This document shows positions 22,940-35,206 of a stretch of DNA of 64,000 nucleotides, one piece after another. The stretch is from an uncultured Planctomycetota bacterium. Lineage in GTDB: Bacteria > Planctomycetota > Planctomycetia > Isosphaerales > Isosphaeraceae. Location: positions 1 to 64,000 of the forward strand of contig CAWJTV010000021.1 of the NCBI GenBank assembly GCA_963845755.1, read 5' to 3'. The notes under the pieces were generated by a model. That model was not told where the DNA came from. It searched no databases and saw only the letters and a list, made by a program, of their open reading frames with translations. The translations under genes and the position numbers were made by a program. Every line of letters starts with the position of its first letter. The first letter of the stretch is position 1.

Positions 22940-25713
22940 ATGTGCACCCAACATCGGCAATCATCGATCGGGACGCGGCTCCCGCGGAGTTTCGGGCCTT
23001 TGGTCATCGTGCTGGTGGCGCTGTGGGTCACGGCCGGGCGCGGCGAGGACCAGCCGACGAGCCCGCCGCCGCAGGCGGTGCTGAACCTGGCCAACGGCGG
23101 TTACGCGGCCGGTGAGATCCGGCCGTCGACCCAACCGGCAGTCCTGCGCTGGCAGGCCGAGTCGTTCGTCTCGCCGTTCGATTTCGCCTGGAACGAGGTG
23201 AACGCCGTGCAGTGGCCGCCGCCGGCCACGCAGGCCAAACCCGGGGGTGACTACTGCTTCGAGCTGGCCGCCGGTGACGTGTTGTTCGGCTCGCTGCTGG
23301 CCCTGGACGACCAGAGGGCCGAGCTGGATATACCGCGGCTGGGCCGCATCCACGTTCAACGATCCAACCTCCATCGCGTCTACCGATGGCGGGATGGTGC
23401 CGATTTGATCTATGTCGGTCCCAACGGCCTGGTCGGCTGGCGCGAGCCGACGGGCCAGAAGAACTGGCGCGACGACTCGGGCCAACCGATGACCGACCGG
23501 GAAGGCGCGTCGATCCGGGGCGACTTCGGGCTCCCCGATCGCGCCAGTATCGAGTTCGAGATCTCCTGGAAATCCAAGCCGGACTTCGTTTTCGCCCTGG
23601 GCGTGGACGACAAGGAGAACACGGTCAAGCGGGCCTTCCGGTTCGAGGCCTGGGGCGGCGACCTGGTCGTCCAGCGCGAGCTCGAGCAGGAGGCGGACCT
23701 GGCGGTCGTGCAGGAGGTCGCGCCGGGCCCCGGCCGGACCCATCTTCAGGCGTACCTCGACCAGGAAAAGGGGCGGATCCTGGTGTTCTCGCCCGGTGGC
23801 AAGCAGTTGGCCGACCTCAAGGTCGTCGGCACCAAGCCGACCGTGCTGACGGGGCTGTACCTGGCGAACATCCGGGGCGACGTGCGCCTGGAGTGGCTGA
23901 GAATCGGCCGATGGAACGGCGAGATTCCTCGCGAGGTGCGCACCGATAAGGCGCGGATCCACCGCGCCGACGGCTCGATCCTCTACGGTCAACTGACTGC
24001 CCTGGACTCCAGCTCGAAGGAATTCGTCTTCAAGACCGAGAAGGGTGAGTCTCGGGTCCCGGAGAAGCAGACTTCCAGCGTTTTCCTCTCGGTCCCCCGG
24101 GATGAGGCGCCTCGGATGATCCGAGCCGTCTACCAGGACGGCACGCGCGTCAGCGGCGAGCTGAGCAAGGTGGAGGACGGCGCGCTCGCCATGACGGTAC
24201 CCGGGATCCCGAAACCGTTGCGACTCCCGCTGGCCGGGCTCCGATCGCTGGTGGTCCTCCGCCACGACAACGCGGAGCTGAAGATCGCCTCGGCGGCCCG
24301 GCTCGAGATGGAGGGCATCCACCTGAGTGGCCGGTTGGTCAACGGACGCGAACGGCCCGACGCGAGCTGCCTGACGTGGCACCCCGTCGGCAGCGCGACC
24401 GCCAGTCCGTTGCGACCCGGGACGTCGGGAAAGATCGTCTATCGAGAGCCCCCCCACCGCGTACTCAGCAGGTCGCCGTGAACCAACGGCGTGTCCAGCA
24501 AAATGGTGCCGGCGGCTTCGCACTTCGCTTCGCCCAGGCCCTTGCCGAGGCCCCTTCGACCGATTCGACCGCGGAGCGCCGGTCGCTGTTCCTTCGCAGT
24601 GGAGACGTCATCCCTTCTGTGATCACCGGCATCAACGAAGAGGGCGTGACGTTCCAGACGTCGATGTCCAGCAGCACGTTCGTCTCCCACGACAAGGTCA
24701 AGGCCGTAGAGCTGGCCCCCGAGTCCACTCCGGTCGCGGTCCGGCTGAGTTCGACGAAGCGCGTGCGATTGCTTACGGTTCCCCGGATGCAGAAGGCCAC
24801 GCCGCCTACCCACCTGATCCGCTCCAAGAACGGCGACTACCTGCGCGGGCGGGTCGTGCTGATGGACCAGAAGCGGCTGCAGGTCGAGACCCGTCTGGAG
24901 AGCAAGGACCTGCCGCGCGACCGGATCTCGCGGATCATCTGGATGCACGCCGACGAGATCGATCCCTCGAAGAAGCCGGTCCCGGCGTCGCGCGCCACCC
25001 GAGTGCAAGCGGTCCGCAACGACGGCGTCCGCGTCACGTTCTGGCCCGAACAGGTCGCGAACGACACGTTATCGGGCAAGAGCGACGTGCTTGGTGCCTG
25101 TCGCGTGCGCATCGGCGATGTGGACCAGTTCCTCTTCGGCAGCGGCATCGAGGCGGCGGCCGCCCTTCTCACTTACGGGCAATGGAAGCTCCAGAACGCC
25201 CCCGAGCCCACGCTCCCCTCCGACGGAGGCGCGGGCGGCGGCAACGGCACTGAGTCGCCACTGGTCGGCAAGCCGGCCCCCGACTTCGAGCTGGACCTCC
25301 TGGACGGGAAGCGGTTCCACCTGGCCGACGCCAAGGGAAAGGTCGTCGTGCTCGACTTCTGGGCTACCTGGTGCGGTCCCTGCATCCAGGCGATGCCGCA
25401 GGTCGAGAAGGCCGCCGGCTCGTTCCCGGAGAAGGATGTCCTACTTGTTGCCGTGAACCTCCAGGAATCGCCCGCGGAGATCAAGGCCATGATGGAGCGG
25501 CACCAGCTCCACGCGCCGCGGGTCGCCCTCGACAAGGACGGCTTGATTGCCGAGAAGTACCAGGCCAACGCCATTCCCCAGACGGTCATCATCGGCCGCG
25601 AGGGGAACGTCGCGCGGTTGTTCGTCGGTGGCAGCTCGGACCTTGAAGACCGGCTCAAGGACGCAATCAAGGCCACACTCTCGGGCGAGAAGCCGGAAGA
25701 GACGAAGAAGTAG
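22940..25713 (+). CDS. Large exported multidomain protein with C-terminal TlpA/redoxin domain (frameshift at ~24455)
   Basis: Signal peptide, repeated 'xG(D/S)x(L/I)xG' modules, and C-terminal APDFEL...LDFWATWCGPC...AIPQTVII. Confidence 0.8.
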
Positions 25714-25883
25714 CAGACCGAGCGCTCGGCGAGGGTGAGGCGCGAACTGGGCCCGACGTCGTTCAGCTCTAAAGCGGAGCTCTGGAGGTATCCGGAGTGA
25801 CGTCGATCGTCTCGTAGAGTTCGCTTTGTCCATGTATCGCACCGGGTCGAGCAGCAGCATCGAAAACCGGTACGCAGGACTTC

Positions 25884-26144
25884 GTGATGTGGGTCCGGAG
25901 TATCCGTTTCATTCTGGCGCCGCCGATCATCCTCGCGGGCCTGTTCTTCATTTTCCTTCCGTTTGGATTCGCAACCATGTTGGATGGCGACCCCGATAAA
26001 CCGTTGGGTTGGCCTGACTATCTCCGCATCGTAATCACGAGCCGAGATGGCGTTGGAACTTTGGCGATCGGTATGGTTGCCATTATTCTCGGAATTTACA
26101 TTGCGTCTCCAGGACGTTCTGCTACCCCGGGACCTCACAGATGA
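25884..26144 (+). CDS. Possible small two-TM membrane protein
   Basis: Two hydrophobic segments and GGAC upstream; atypical codon usage. Confidence 0.35.
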   Translation: MMWVRSIRFILAPPIILAGLFFIFLPFGFATMLDGDPDKPLGWPDYLRIVITSRDGVGTLAIGMVAIILGIYIASPGRSATPGPHR

Positions 26145-26531
26145 CGCGAAGATCGTATAGTGAGGTTGAGCGTCTCGCAGCGGCGTGAGGCACGCCGATT
26201 TCCTGTCCACGTCGAAGGTGTTCTCGCTGCGAAGAATCGCATATCGACTCGACCCAATGACGGTTCGATCCAATCGGCCGCCAACGGCGCTCGATCCCGC
26301 AATCAACTCAGGGCCACTACAGCGGCCAAGCCGGTGAGAGCGACCACCGTCACCATGCCTGAAGCGAGACCCGTGGGATCGCTCTCGACCATCGATACCA
26401 AAATATAACTCGGGTAGGGCGGTCCTCCATTTCCGGTTGAAGCAAAGCATTTCAAGTGGCGTGAGCGCACGGATTGCGTCGAGGGAGAGTTATTCGCATT
26501 CAGGGACAAACACGCAGGAGTCAACCCGCGA

Positions 26532-26987
26532 CTACCGCGCCGAAAACGATTCTTCGAGATCCTGCCCGTCGATCTTCACGCGGATTCTTCCTGCAAGACC
26601 ACCGGGAAAGCTGCTTGCCGCCGAGACGAAGCGGTTGGGTGTGGTCGGGTCGGCATCAAGAGCCACGGTCCTGAGGTCGGCGGTTTTCGATCGGAGACTT
26701 TCGAGCTCGAAAACAACTTCGGTTGGGGGCGGGGTCATGGGGGTTGAACCGTCGTTTTGGAAAAAGACGGCGACGATCTTCGTTGTCCGCAGCTTCGTTT
26801 TCACCGCACCAGAGGGATTCGCCATTTCCGTCTTGATCGCAACCAAGCCCGCGTCGTGCGGTAAGCGAACCATCGCGCCGCCGACTGGAGAAGGTTTAAC
26901 CGTCGCCTTCTGATTGCCCGACTCAGCACCACATCCGATGATTGAGCTGAGGGAAAACAAGACAAGCCAGAGGCAGTTCGAACGCAT
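26532..26987 (-). CDS. Putative lipoprotein (DUF1559-associated)
   Basis: AAGGAG RBS; signal peptide ending in the lipobox-like IIGC. Confidence 0.7.
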   Translation of the reverse strand: MRSNCLWLVLFSLSSIIGCGAESGNQKATVKPSPVGGAMVRLPHDAGLVAIKTEMANPSGAVKTKLRTTKIVAVFFQNDGSTPMTPPPTEVVFELESLRSKTADLRTVALDADPTTPNRFVSAASSFPGGLAGRIRVKIDGQDLEESFSAR

Positions 26988-27086
26988 TTTGATTTGATGC
27001 TCCTTACAATAAACAAGTAAATGACCAGCGTAAACTACGTCGAAGCACACCAACAGAATAAAAGCAGAAATTGCCTTTCAACTGAC

Positions 27087-27109
27087 GCCCGGGGCTTGCG
27101 GCCCCGGGC
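27087..27109 (-). terminator. Hairpin downstream of the DUF1559 gene
   Basis: GCCCGGGGC-TTGCG-GCCCCGGGC. Confidence 0.4.
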
Positions 27110-27151
27110 AATCAGGCTGGCTCACGCTAGCAATTCAATCTTGATAATCAA

Positions 27152-28302
27152 TCAATAAGCATCAGAACTGATGACTTCTCCCGCGGCCCTGGTACCAAGG
27201 CTCCACCAGACGTTGCGGGCGATCGAATCCTTGACGAACCGAACGCTGCCGTCGGCGAACAGGGTGTTGACTCCCGCAGGGTGGAAGCTGGTGGCGGGGA
27301 GGGAATTGCTGCCGTTGTCGCTCTGGCTCGGGTTACCCTGGCCTCGGCAGACGTTCACGGGATACTGATGGTCGTTCGGCGTCTGGGCGACGTTGAAGGC
27401 GGACCCTTCGGAGAACGATGCCCAGAACCATCCGCGGTGGCTCGTGATGAGCACTGAGTTCGGGTTTGCAAACTCCGCGGCGCAAAGTTGTAGGCCGGTG
27501 TAGGTGTTCGCCAAGTTGGAGGCGCTCGACGTAAAGTCGTCATACTGATAAGGCAGCGCGGCGTTGACCACGACGCCATTGCCGCGGTAGTGGCTGCCGG
27601 GCGTCGAGGTGCCGATGCCACGGCCATGGGCGCTCTCGTTGCCCTTATTGTCACCAACAAGCGCTTCGGCGAAGAGCAGGGTGTTCGAGGTACCGTCGGT
27701 CGCGCTTTGTATCCCGTAGCTCAACCACACGGCGAACATCCCGGTGCTGCCATGGCCGTCGGCGTTCTGCATGCTGGTGTATGGCGAGGTATCCAGACCG
27801 CTCGGCCAGTCGGTCGTGGTACCATAGCAAGCATGATAGTTATTGAGCCCAGTTTGCCCGACATATGGATCGGAAGGACACATATATTGATTAATCTTTG
27901 TGAGGATGGCAGTCGCATTCTGGGGCGCTGGAGTGTTGTCGTGAATCTCTTCCGCCATGTTGAAATTAATGGCGTTGTAGAGCGCCGATTGTTCCGTGAA
28001 CGGCAGCGACGTCGCGAGTGTGCTCCATCCGCGCCAGTCGGCATAGCCAGGGCAGGTCGAAGCAGGATCGGCGTTGCAATTCTTGGACGCGGCCATCGGG
28101 AACACGCCGTTGGCACTGTGATAGTTGTGCATGGCCAGCCCGATTTGTTTGAGGTTATTGGTGCACTGGATGCGACGGGCGGCTTCGCCGCGGATTGTAC
28201 GGCGGGCAAAAGCAGCGCGATCAACACGGCGATGATCGCGATGACGACCAAGAGTTCGATCAAGGTGAAGCCTGAAGTCGTACGACGATCGGAACGTTCC
28301 AT
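27152..28302 (-). CDS. DUF1559 prepilin-type / H-X9-DG protein (frameshift at ~28190)
   Basis: [52 protein letters not shown] and [14 protein letters not shown]. Confidence 0.92.
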
Positions 28303-28672
28303 GGCGTTAATTCTCCGGGGGATGCGCCCCGACCAAGGCCGGGGAACAGATAGGCCCTTCGATCACAGGAGCCGTTTTATAGCACAAGTTAGCGAAATAA
28401 TAAAGTAAATGTTCGGTTAATAGCTTATGATGGTCTTAAGTAGCTCAGTGAAAATCGCTTTGCCTCGTCGCTTGGTCGGTTTCCCAAGTGGTTCCAGGGA
28501 ACGGTCCACGTGAAGCTTAACGGCGAAGAGGTTGAGGAGTCGTTCTCCACGCTGTGACAGGACGGCTAGATGAAGGGCCTTCTTCGGTCCCAGCATGCGA
28601 GCGGTTCCTCGACTCCTTCACGAGACGACCGTCCGACCTGGGTCCTTCCGACCGCGGGGTCTCTCCGACTCT

Positions 28673-31229
28673 TTATCGAGCCGTTTTGTCCGAACCCTCC
28701 GCCCGGTAGGCAATTGCCCGCCGGACCGCCGGAGGAAGCGGTGCGTTCTTTCCCTTGATCGACCGCCAGAGGATTTCGTTGAGCTCGAAGTCGTCGATCT
28801 TGTCGTACTCGTCGAAGTTCATGCGGGCAGACCGATCGGCGCCGTAGGCCGTTGTTGTATTGAGTTCGTTCACATTGATTCGGGCGGGCTCGTGAGTATA
28901 CGTCGCGAGATCGGCTTGATCGGTGAACGCGTCGAATAGGGGCCGGGCTGCCGCGTCATACTGGGACAGCGGGGGAAGTCCCAGGATCAACTCCATCGTG
29001 CGGATCATGCCGACCGTACTGTACTGGTTGCTGTCGAGATACCTGCGTTTGGTGTAGGGGCTGATGACCAGTCCAATGGTCCGATGCGCGTCAACGTGAT
29101 CCGGCCCGTTCTGAGCATCATCTTCGATGACGAATATCGCGATCTCGGGCCAGTATTTGCTCCTGGTGACGGCGTCAACGATCCGCCCGAGAGCCAGGTC
29201 GTTGCTAGCCACACAGGCCTTCGGGGTAAAGGTGCCGGGTCGAGTGCCCGTGGTGTGATCCTCTCCCAGGCTCATGATCATGAGCCGGGGAAGGTTGCCG
29301 TTCTCCTCGAATCCGCGGAATTCTCGGAGGAAGGCTTCTCGCATTGTCGGTGTCGCGTGCACGCCGGCCGCGCACCCGTGAAAGGCCATAATCGGGGCAC
29401 ATGTGGCCGATCAGACCGGGCACCGCTCCTTCCATCCGGAACGATCCATCCGGCTGGCTGACCCGGCGTCCGAACTCGCCATAATTGCGATAGGCATAGC
29501 CGGCGCAGGCGCAGGCATCCCAGAGATAGCCCGAGGGCGCATTGGAAAGGTCTCCTTCGTCATCGTCTTCGATCCCGGACCGGCTCGAGTAGGTCAAAGC
29601 CCAGTTGCGGGCTACGTAGTCCGTATGGTAGGCCATGGTCAACCAGGGGTGGCCGTCCGCCGAGACGTGCCCGTTGCAATACAGGTTATCCATCAGCACG
29701 AACTCCTCGGCGAGCTTGTGCTGGTTGGGAGTCACCTCGCGACCGAACATCACCAGCGAGGGATCGCCATTGCCACGAGGGATGTCACCGAAGACCTGGT
29801 CGTAGGTCCGGTTCTCCTTGATGATGTAAAGGACATGCTTGATCGGCGACGGATCTCCGACCTTGGTCGGAATGGCTGTTTTTCGGGAGTAGGGGGCGTT
29901 GGTGAGCAACTTGTCGGAATACGGGCAATTCTTGTAGACCGTCTCGGTATACTCGGCGAGTGTCTTATCGTCGGGCACTGGGACGATCGTAAGCGATCCG
30001 GAGAGCGTTGCACCAACGTGAGGGTGTCGGGGATCGCGGTCTGTCCGCTCCTTCGTCATTTCCGCCCTGGCTTTCGCCTCGTACTCGGATTTCAACTTGC
30101 CAAGGAGGGCCGCGGGGATCGGGTTCGCCCTGGATTGAAGCCCTTTGCCGACCCCGATCAGGAGCTGTTTGCCGTCGGGGCTGACCGCCACGGCCGTCGG
30201 GTACCAGCCGGTCGGAATGAATCCCTTCACCTGGCTCCGGTCGGGTATGGCGATGTCGATGACGGCGACATCGTTATTGTCAGCGTTGGCCACGAAGAGC
30301 GTCTTGCCATCGGGCGCGATCGTCAGCGCGACCGGGGTGCTTCCCTCGGGGGCCCTCGGAAACAAAGCCGTGTGAATCGTTTCGGTGACGATCCCGCGCC
30401 GGGTTTCGATCACCGAGACGCAGTCGCTCGAGGCACACGCGACGAAGATGCGATCGTCCCTGGGATGAACGGCGATCTGGTTAGGATGCTCGCCCACAGC
30501 AATCTTGGAGACGGTTCGGAGATCGCCTATTCGGAGGACTCTCACGACACGTCCGGCCCAATCGGAGACGAAGAGCTGCTCGCCGTTGCGAGACAGGGCG
30601 ACATCATAAGGCCGCGTGCCTGCCGTCGCGGTTTTCAGCTCCTCGCGACCCGTCAGGTCAAGAGCGGAGATCGTGCCGCCATCCACGTCCAGCGAATACA
30701 GCACCTTGCGAGCCGAGTCGAGCGCGAGACCACCGCGAAAGTGGGATCGTGCTTTCTTTTCCGCTCCCGGAGACCGGGCTGGTAGTTCCAGGTCTTCCGC
30801 GGGGCCCAGTCTACCATCCAGCAGGTGAAACGCGTGTACCGTGTTTCCTCCGCCCCCCGACCACCAGATCTTGTCGCCTTCAGGCGATAGGGCCAGACCG
30901 AACCAACTCTGCCGGACCTCCTGATGATCGATCACCTTCTTCTGATTTATGTCGATGAGTGACAGTTCATGGGCGTTGTAACCGCTGGTGGCGACGAGGA
31001 CCTGGCGATTGTCCGCCAGGGGGAAGATGTTCAGCGGCAAGTCGGATTGCGGAATATGTTGACCGGCGGGCTTCAAGGTCCACCCATTCGGAAGGAGAAA
31101 TCCCCGGTCCGTCGGCCCCGAAAAACGGGGAGCGTCCTGGGCTCGAGCCGGGGGCATTACGATCAAGGTCAGCACCCAGGCCGCAACACTTGCCCGAACG
31201 GCGGAAAACACGATCCGTCGATTTCTCAT
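28673..31229 (-). CDS. YncE/YVTN beta-propeller + phosphoesterase (alkaline phosphatase-like) protein (frameshift at ~29340)
   Basis: Signal peptide, LPNGW, GFIPTGWYP, KHVLYIIKENRTYDQ, SADGH, DHT.G and EDDAQNGPDHVDAHR. Confidence 0.88.
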
Positions 31230-31492
31230 GGAACTGACCACTCCACACGAAGGATGTCGCTTTGGGTCGCATCAACCAGCAAACATAGTGAACGATCACG
31301 GCTGGCTCGTCCAATGAGGTTTCGATGGAGATTTAGTTCGGCTTCGAAGAAGGATGGCCAATAATCGTGATCCCCGAATGCGAGCCAAGAATTCATCAAT
31401 TATTTACTTTGCCATGGTCGTTCCTGGCATATAATCGACCGACTATCGAACTTCGAGCGGTTCCGGCATCTGCGGGCCATGAGGACGGGCTG

Positions 31493-32428
31493 ATGAGACG
31501 ATTCGAAGTCGGGCGGCGGGGTTTGCATCCGAGAGGCTTTACCCTGATCGAGCTCCTGGTGGTCATCGCGATCATCAGTGTGCTGATCGCCCTACTCTTG
31601 CCGGCCGTGCAGGCCGCGCGAGAGGGGGCCAGGCGGGCGTCCTGCCAGAATAACCTCAAGCAGATCGGCCTGGCCATGCATAATTACCAATCGATCAACG
31701 ATGTCTTCCCGATCGGGTACGTCGCCTGGGCGAACGCGGACACGAACGTCACGTCACCGGGCTGGGGCTGGGCCTCCGCAGTCCTACCGCAGATGGAGCA
31801 GCAAGTGCTCTACAGCGCGACGAATCTCGCCTTGCCTATCGAGAATCCGAGCAACCTCACGAGCCGGACCACGACATTGGGAGTTCTCGTCTGCCCGACC
31901 GACCGGTTCACGGGCCGGTTCGCGGTGACCGACGCCAATAACCAGCCGATCGCCGACGCCGAGACGAACAGCTACGCGGGCAATTTTGGGCGAGACGTCA
32001 ATATCTCCAAGAGCCCCGAGGGCGGCAATGGCCTTCTGATGCGCAATCATGCCTATGGGGCACGTGACGTGATCGACGGGATGAGTCAGACCGTCCTTGC
32101 CGGTGAGCGGGGTAGTGTTCTCACTCAGGTCCCCTGGGCCGGTGCGATCAACGGGGGAATCTGCCGCGTCACGCCCGGTTCGCCCAGCCTGAGCACCAGG
32201 ACCAAGACCGCGCCGATCGAGCCCTTGGCCCGCGCGGATACCGGCGGCGGCACCTCGGACAACCTCTTCTTCGACCCCGACGACTTCTTCGGTCCCCATC
32301 CCGCCGGCCTCTACTTCCTCCGATGCGACGGGTCGGTCCTTTTCATCAAGACGGGCATCACTCCGAACGTCTACGGCGCCCTGTGTAGCCGGAATCTTGG
32401 GGAGGTCGTCAGCTCCGACAGTTTCTAA
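31493..32428 (+). CDS. DUF1559 prepilin-type / H-X9-DG protein
   Basis: [40 protein letters not shown] and [14 protein letters not shown]. Confidence 0.93.
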   Translation: MRRFEVGRRGLHPRGFTLIELLVVIAIISVLIALLLPAVQAAREGARRASCQNNLKQIGLAMHNYQSINDVFPIGYVAWANADTNVTSPGWGWASAVLPQMEQQVLYSATNLALPIENPSNLTSRTTTLGVLVCPTDRFTGRFAVTDANNQPIADAETNSYAGNFGRDVNISKSPEGGNGLLMRNHAYGARDVIDGMSQTVLAGERGSVLTQVPWAGAINGGICRVTPGSPSLSTRTKTAPIEPLARADTGGGTSDNLFFDPDDFFGPHPAGLYFLRCDGSVLFIKTGITPNVYGALCSRNLGEVVSSDSF

Positions 32429-32459
32429 CCAACGCAATCGAGTGAGCCGGAGCTCGGGA

Positions 32460-34196
32460 CTATCGATCGACCCCGCCCAACCAACTCAGGGCCACCACGG
32501 CGGCCAGCCCGGCCATCCCAATCACGGCCAGCATGACCAGCGCGACGCCCGCGAGGTCGCTCGCGACACCCGTGTGCAGTAGGCCCCAGAGGAACACCGA
32601 CATGGGCTCGATGCCGGGCGGATAGACCTGGTTGGTGGCGGGGAGCTCGCCCAGTCCGAGCGCCAGGGCGACCATCCAGGCGGCCAGGACCGCGCACCAT
32701 GACAACGGGAAGGCGACGCGGAACAACTGGCCCCAGGGGCCATAACCATCGAGCGCGGCGGCATCGAGATAGTCCTGCGGGAATGCGCGCAGGAACGGCC
32801 ACAGGACGAGCAGGGTGAACGGAAGCGCGCAGAGCGCCTGCGCCATCACGATGATCGCCGAGGAATCATAAAGGGCAGGCCAATCGCGGTAGGCCAGGAC
32901 CAACGCCCGTCCGGCAACCGGTCCCGGCGTGGCCAGTGCGACGATCATCGTCGCCAGCATCACCCATCGCCAGGCGCACGACCGCCGGGCGGCCCAGGCC
33001 AGGCCATAGGCGATCGCGGTCGTCGCCGTGGCGGCCAGCGCGGCCCAGAAGAGGCTGGCGAATAACGGGTCCCGCGTCTCGCCGGCCGCGAGCTGCAGCG
33101 TGCCCATCAATCCGCCGAAAGACCACGTCGGCGGTCTCCCCAGGTTCGCGCGGCCGCCGACGCGGCCCGCGCGCCAGAGCAAGCCATAAAGGGGAAACGC
33201 AATCGTGTTTCCGATCACGGCGATGAGCAGGATCCCACCAGGAATCCGCCAGGCTCCGAGTCGCCAGGTTCTGGCCCGGGAGAAAGATGAGATCAATCGA
33301 GCCGGGTCGAGGCGCGACAGGGCCCGGCCCACGAGCAGGATCATCAGCGCGAGGATGACCATCGGCGGCAGCGCGACGATCGCCGCATCGGCGAGTCCGT
33401 GTCCGAGGATGAATTGGACGAACGTCTCCTCGGCATAGGTGCGAATCTGGAGTAGGTCCGTGACGGTCATGTCGCCGGCCGTGAGCACGGCGACTGCCAG
33501 CGCGGCCGCCGCGATCGCGCCGATGGCCCGCCGGATCGTGACCTGAGTCCAGACGCGCCATGGCCCGAATTCCAGGCGGCGGATTCTTCCAGCTCCGGCT
33601 CGACTCGCGCACAGGCCGACGCCCGCCAGCAGCACGACCCAGGGAAGGGCCGCCAGCGCATGCACGACCGCCGCACCGAACCGGCCGACCAGGATCGGCC
33701 GCATGCCCAATACCTGCATCCGACCGGCATTCCCCAGCGCCCCCAGCCACGCCGTCGCCTGTAACGGCAGCGGGACGAACGCCGTGATGGCGACGAGCGC
33801 CAGCATCACCCGACGGCCCCAGATATCCGTCCGGAACAGGAAGATCGCCAGCAAGACGCCGATGGGCAGGGCCAAGGCCTCGGCGGCCAGGACCAGCCCG
33901 GTCGTCTCCAGGCCGAGCCGGACCGGCCGCGCCAGCCCTCGGGTCTCGCGGAGTAACGCCGCCGTCCCGGCCGGGTCCAGCGCGGCGACAGGTTCGTCGT
34001 CGTCCGAGAACTCGATCTCCTTCCACTGGTCCAGGGCGTCCGCGAGCCTGGTCCAGCCCGATCGGCGGAGCGATCCCTCCAGCTTGGCGACGGCTCGCGT
34101 CGCCTCCAGGACAGTCGCCACGACCGGCCAACCAACGAGGAACATCAGCGCGAAGGACAAGGTGAGCCCGGCCAGGAGCCCCCATGCCCGGCTCAC
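32460..34196 (-). CDS. ABC transporter permease, two-domain FbpB/ThiP-like
   Basis: Two permease halves with EAA loops (VEPELEESAA in a locally shifted frame; YLDAAALDG). Overlaps the upstream stop codon (GTGA). Confidence 0.85.
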   Translation of the reverse strand: MSRAWGLLAGLTLSFALMFLVGWPVVATVLEATRAVAKLEGSLRRSGWTRLADALDQWKEIEFSDDDEPVAALDPAGTAALLRETRGLARPVRLGLETTGLVLAAEALALPIGVLLAIFLFRTDIWGRRVMLALVAITAFVPLPLQATAWLGALGNAGRMQVLGMRPILVGRFGAAVVHALAALPWVVLLAGVGLCASRAGAGRIRRLEFGPWRVWTQVTIRRAIGAIAAAALAVAVLTAGDMTVTDLLQIRTYAEETFVQFILGHGLADAAIVALPPMVILALMILLVGRALSRLDPARLISSFSRARTWRLGAWRIPGGILLIAVIGNTIAFPLYGLLWRAGRVGGRANLGRPPTWSFGGLMGTLQLAAGETRDPLFASLFWAALAATATTAIAYGLAWAARRSCAWRWVMLATMIVALATPGPVAGRALVLAYRDWPALYDSSAIIVMAQALCALPFTLLVLWPFLRAFPQDYLDAAALDGYGPWGQLFRVAFPLSWCAVLAAWMVALALGLGELPATNQVYPPGIEPMSVFLWGLLHTGVASDLAGVALVMLAVIGMAGLAAVVALSWLGGVDR

Positions 34197-35023
34197 GGTC
34201 GCAGTCCCGCCGCTCGCATCAGGGCGGCCGTTTTCTCATACGCCTCACGGACCCATTCCACGATCCTGGACGGTTCCGGCGAGTACTCCAGCTCGATCGA
34301 GATCGTCGCGTCGGGGATCGCCAGGTCCTTGATCGCGTTCAAGTACGGCGCGAAGTCTACGACCCCGCGGCCCGGCGGCAGGTCGCCATGGACCTTGCCG
34401 TCACAGTCGGAGATGTGCACATGGGCGACGCGGCCCCTCAAGGTCTCGATCAACGCGGCGGGTTGCCGCGAGAGGACCAGGTGCGAGATGTCCAGGTTGG
34501 CTCTCACCGAGGGATGGTCCACCTCGGACAGGAACCGCGCCATACTCGCGACGTCATGCAGCAGCGACAGGTGGAACGGCTCGAGCTCCAGGGCGAGCTC
34601 CAGGCCGAGCCCGCAGGCATACTGGCCGAGATCACGCACGTTCTTGACAGCGGCCGCCCACTGATGGGCCGGCGGGATCACCTCCTGCTGCCAGATGTAC
34701 TCGCCCAGGACCAGTAACACGTTTCTCGCCTCGAACAGGTATGCCATATCGAGATAGGCCCGGACCCGGTCGAGGTGGAATCGCTGGACGCTCGGGTTGA
34801 AGTCGACCAGCCCCACGGCGACGCAGGCGAGGCTGATGATCGGCAGCCCGGCGTCGTCGCATTCGTCCTTGATCAGCCGCTTCTCCTTGACGTCGATGTC
34901 GAGCGGATCGGCGAAGATGTCGATCGAGTCGAACCCGAGCTCCCGCGTCTTATGGATACCGAACGACGTCCCGCGTCCCGATTGAACCCACGCGGAATTG
35001 ATCAGGCCGAGTTTCATGGGCAT
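34193..35023 (-). CDS. Sugar phosphate isomerase/epimerase (xylose-isomerase-like TIM barrel)
   Basis: LELEPF, NLDISH, HVHISD, PPGRG..DF and SIELE metal-binding pattern. Confidence 0.88.
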   Translation of the reverse strand: MPMKLGLINSAWVQSGRGTSFGIHKTRELGFDSIDIFADPLDIDVKEKRLIKDECDDAGLPIISLACVAVGLVDFNPSVQRFHLDRVRAYLDMAYLFEARNVLLVLGEYIWQQEVIPPAHQWAAAVKNVRDLGQYACGLGLELALELEPFHLSLLHDVASMARFLSEVDHPSVRANLDISHLVLSRQPAALIETLRGRVAHVHISDCDGKVHGDLPPGRGVVDFAPYLNAIKDLAIPDATISIELEYSPEPSRIVEWVREAYEKTAALMRAAGLRP

Positions 35024-35206
35024 GGGTCTCCATCATGGGGCTTCTTTGCGAGTGCAAACGGACTCCAGATTCAAAAACCGGGAATCATCCGATCGAGAGT
35101 CGAAACCTATCTAAGATGCGTGCAACACGGAAAGATCATAACGAGGAAGATTGTATTTGGAATTTTAAATCTGGAATCTCGATTTGTGAATCGGAAATTC
35201 CGAGTT

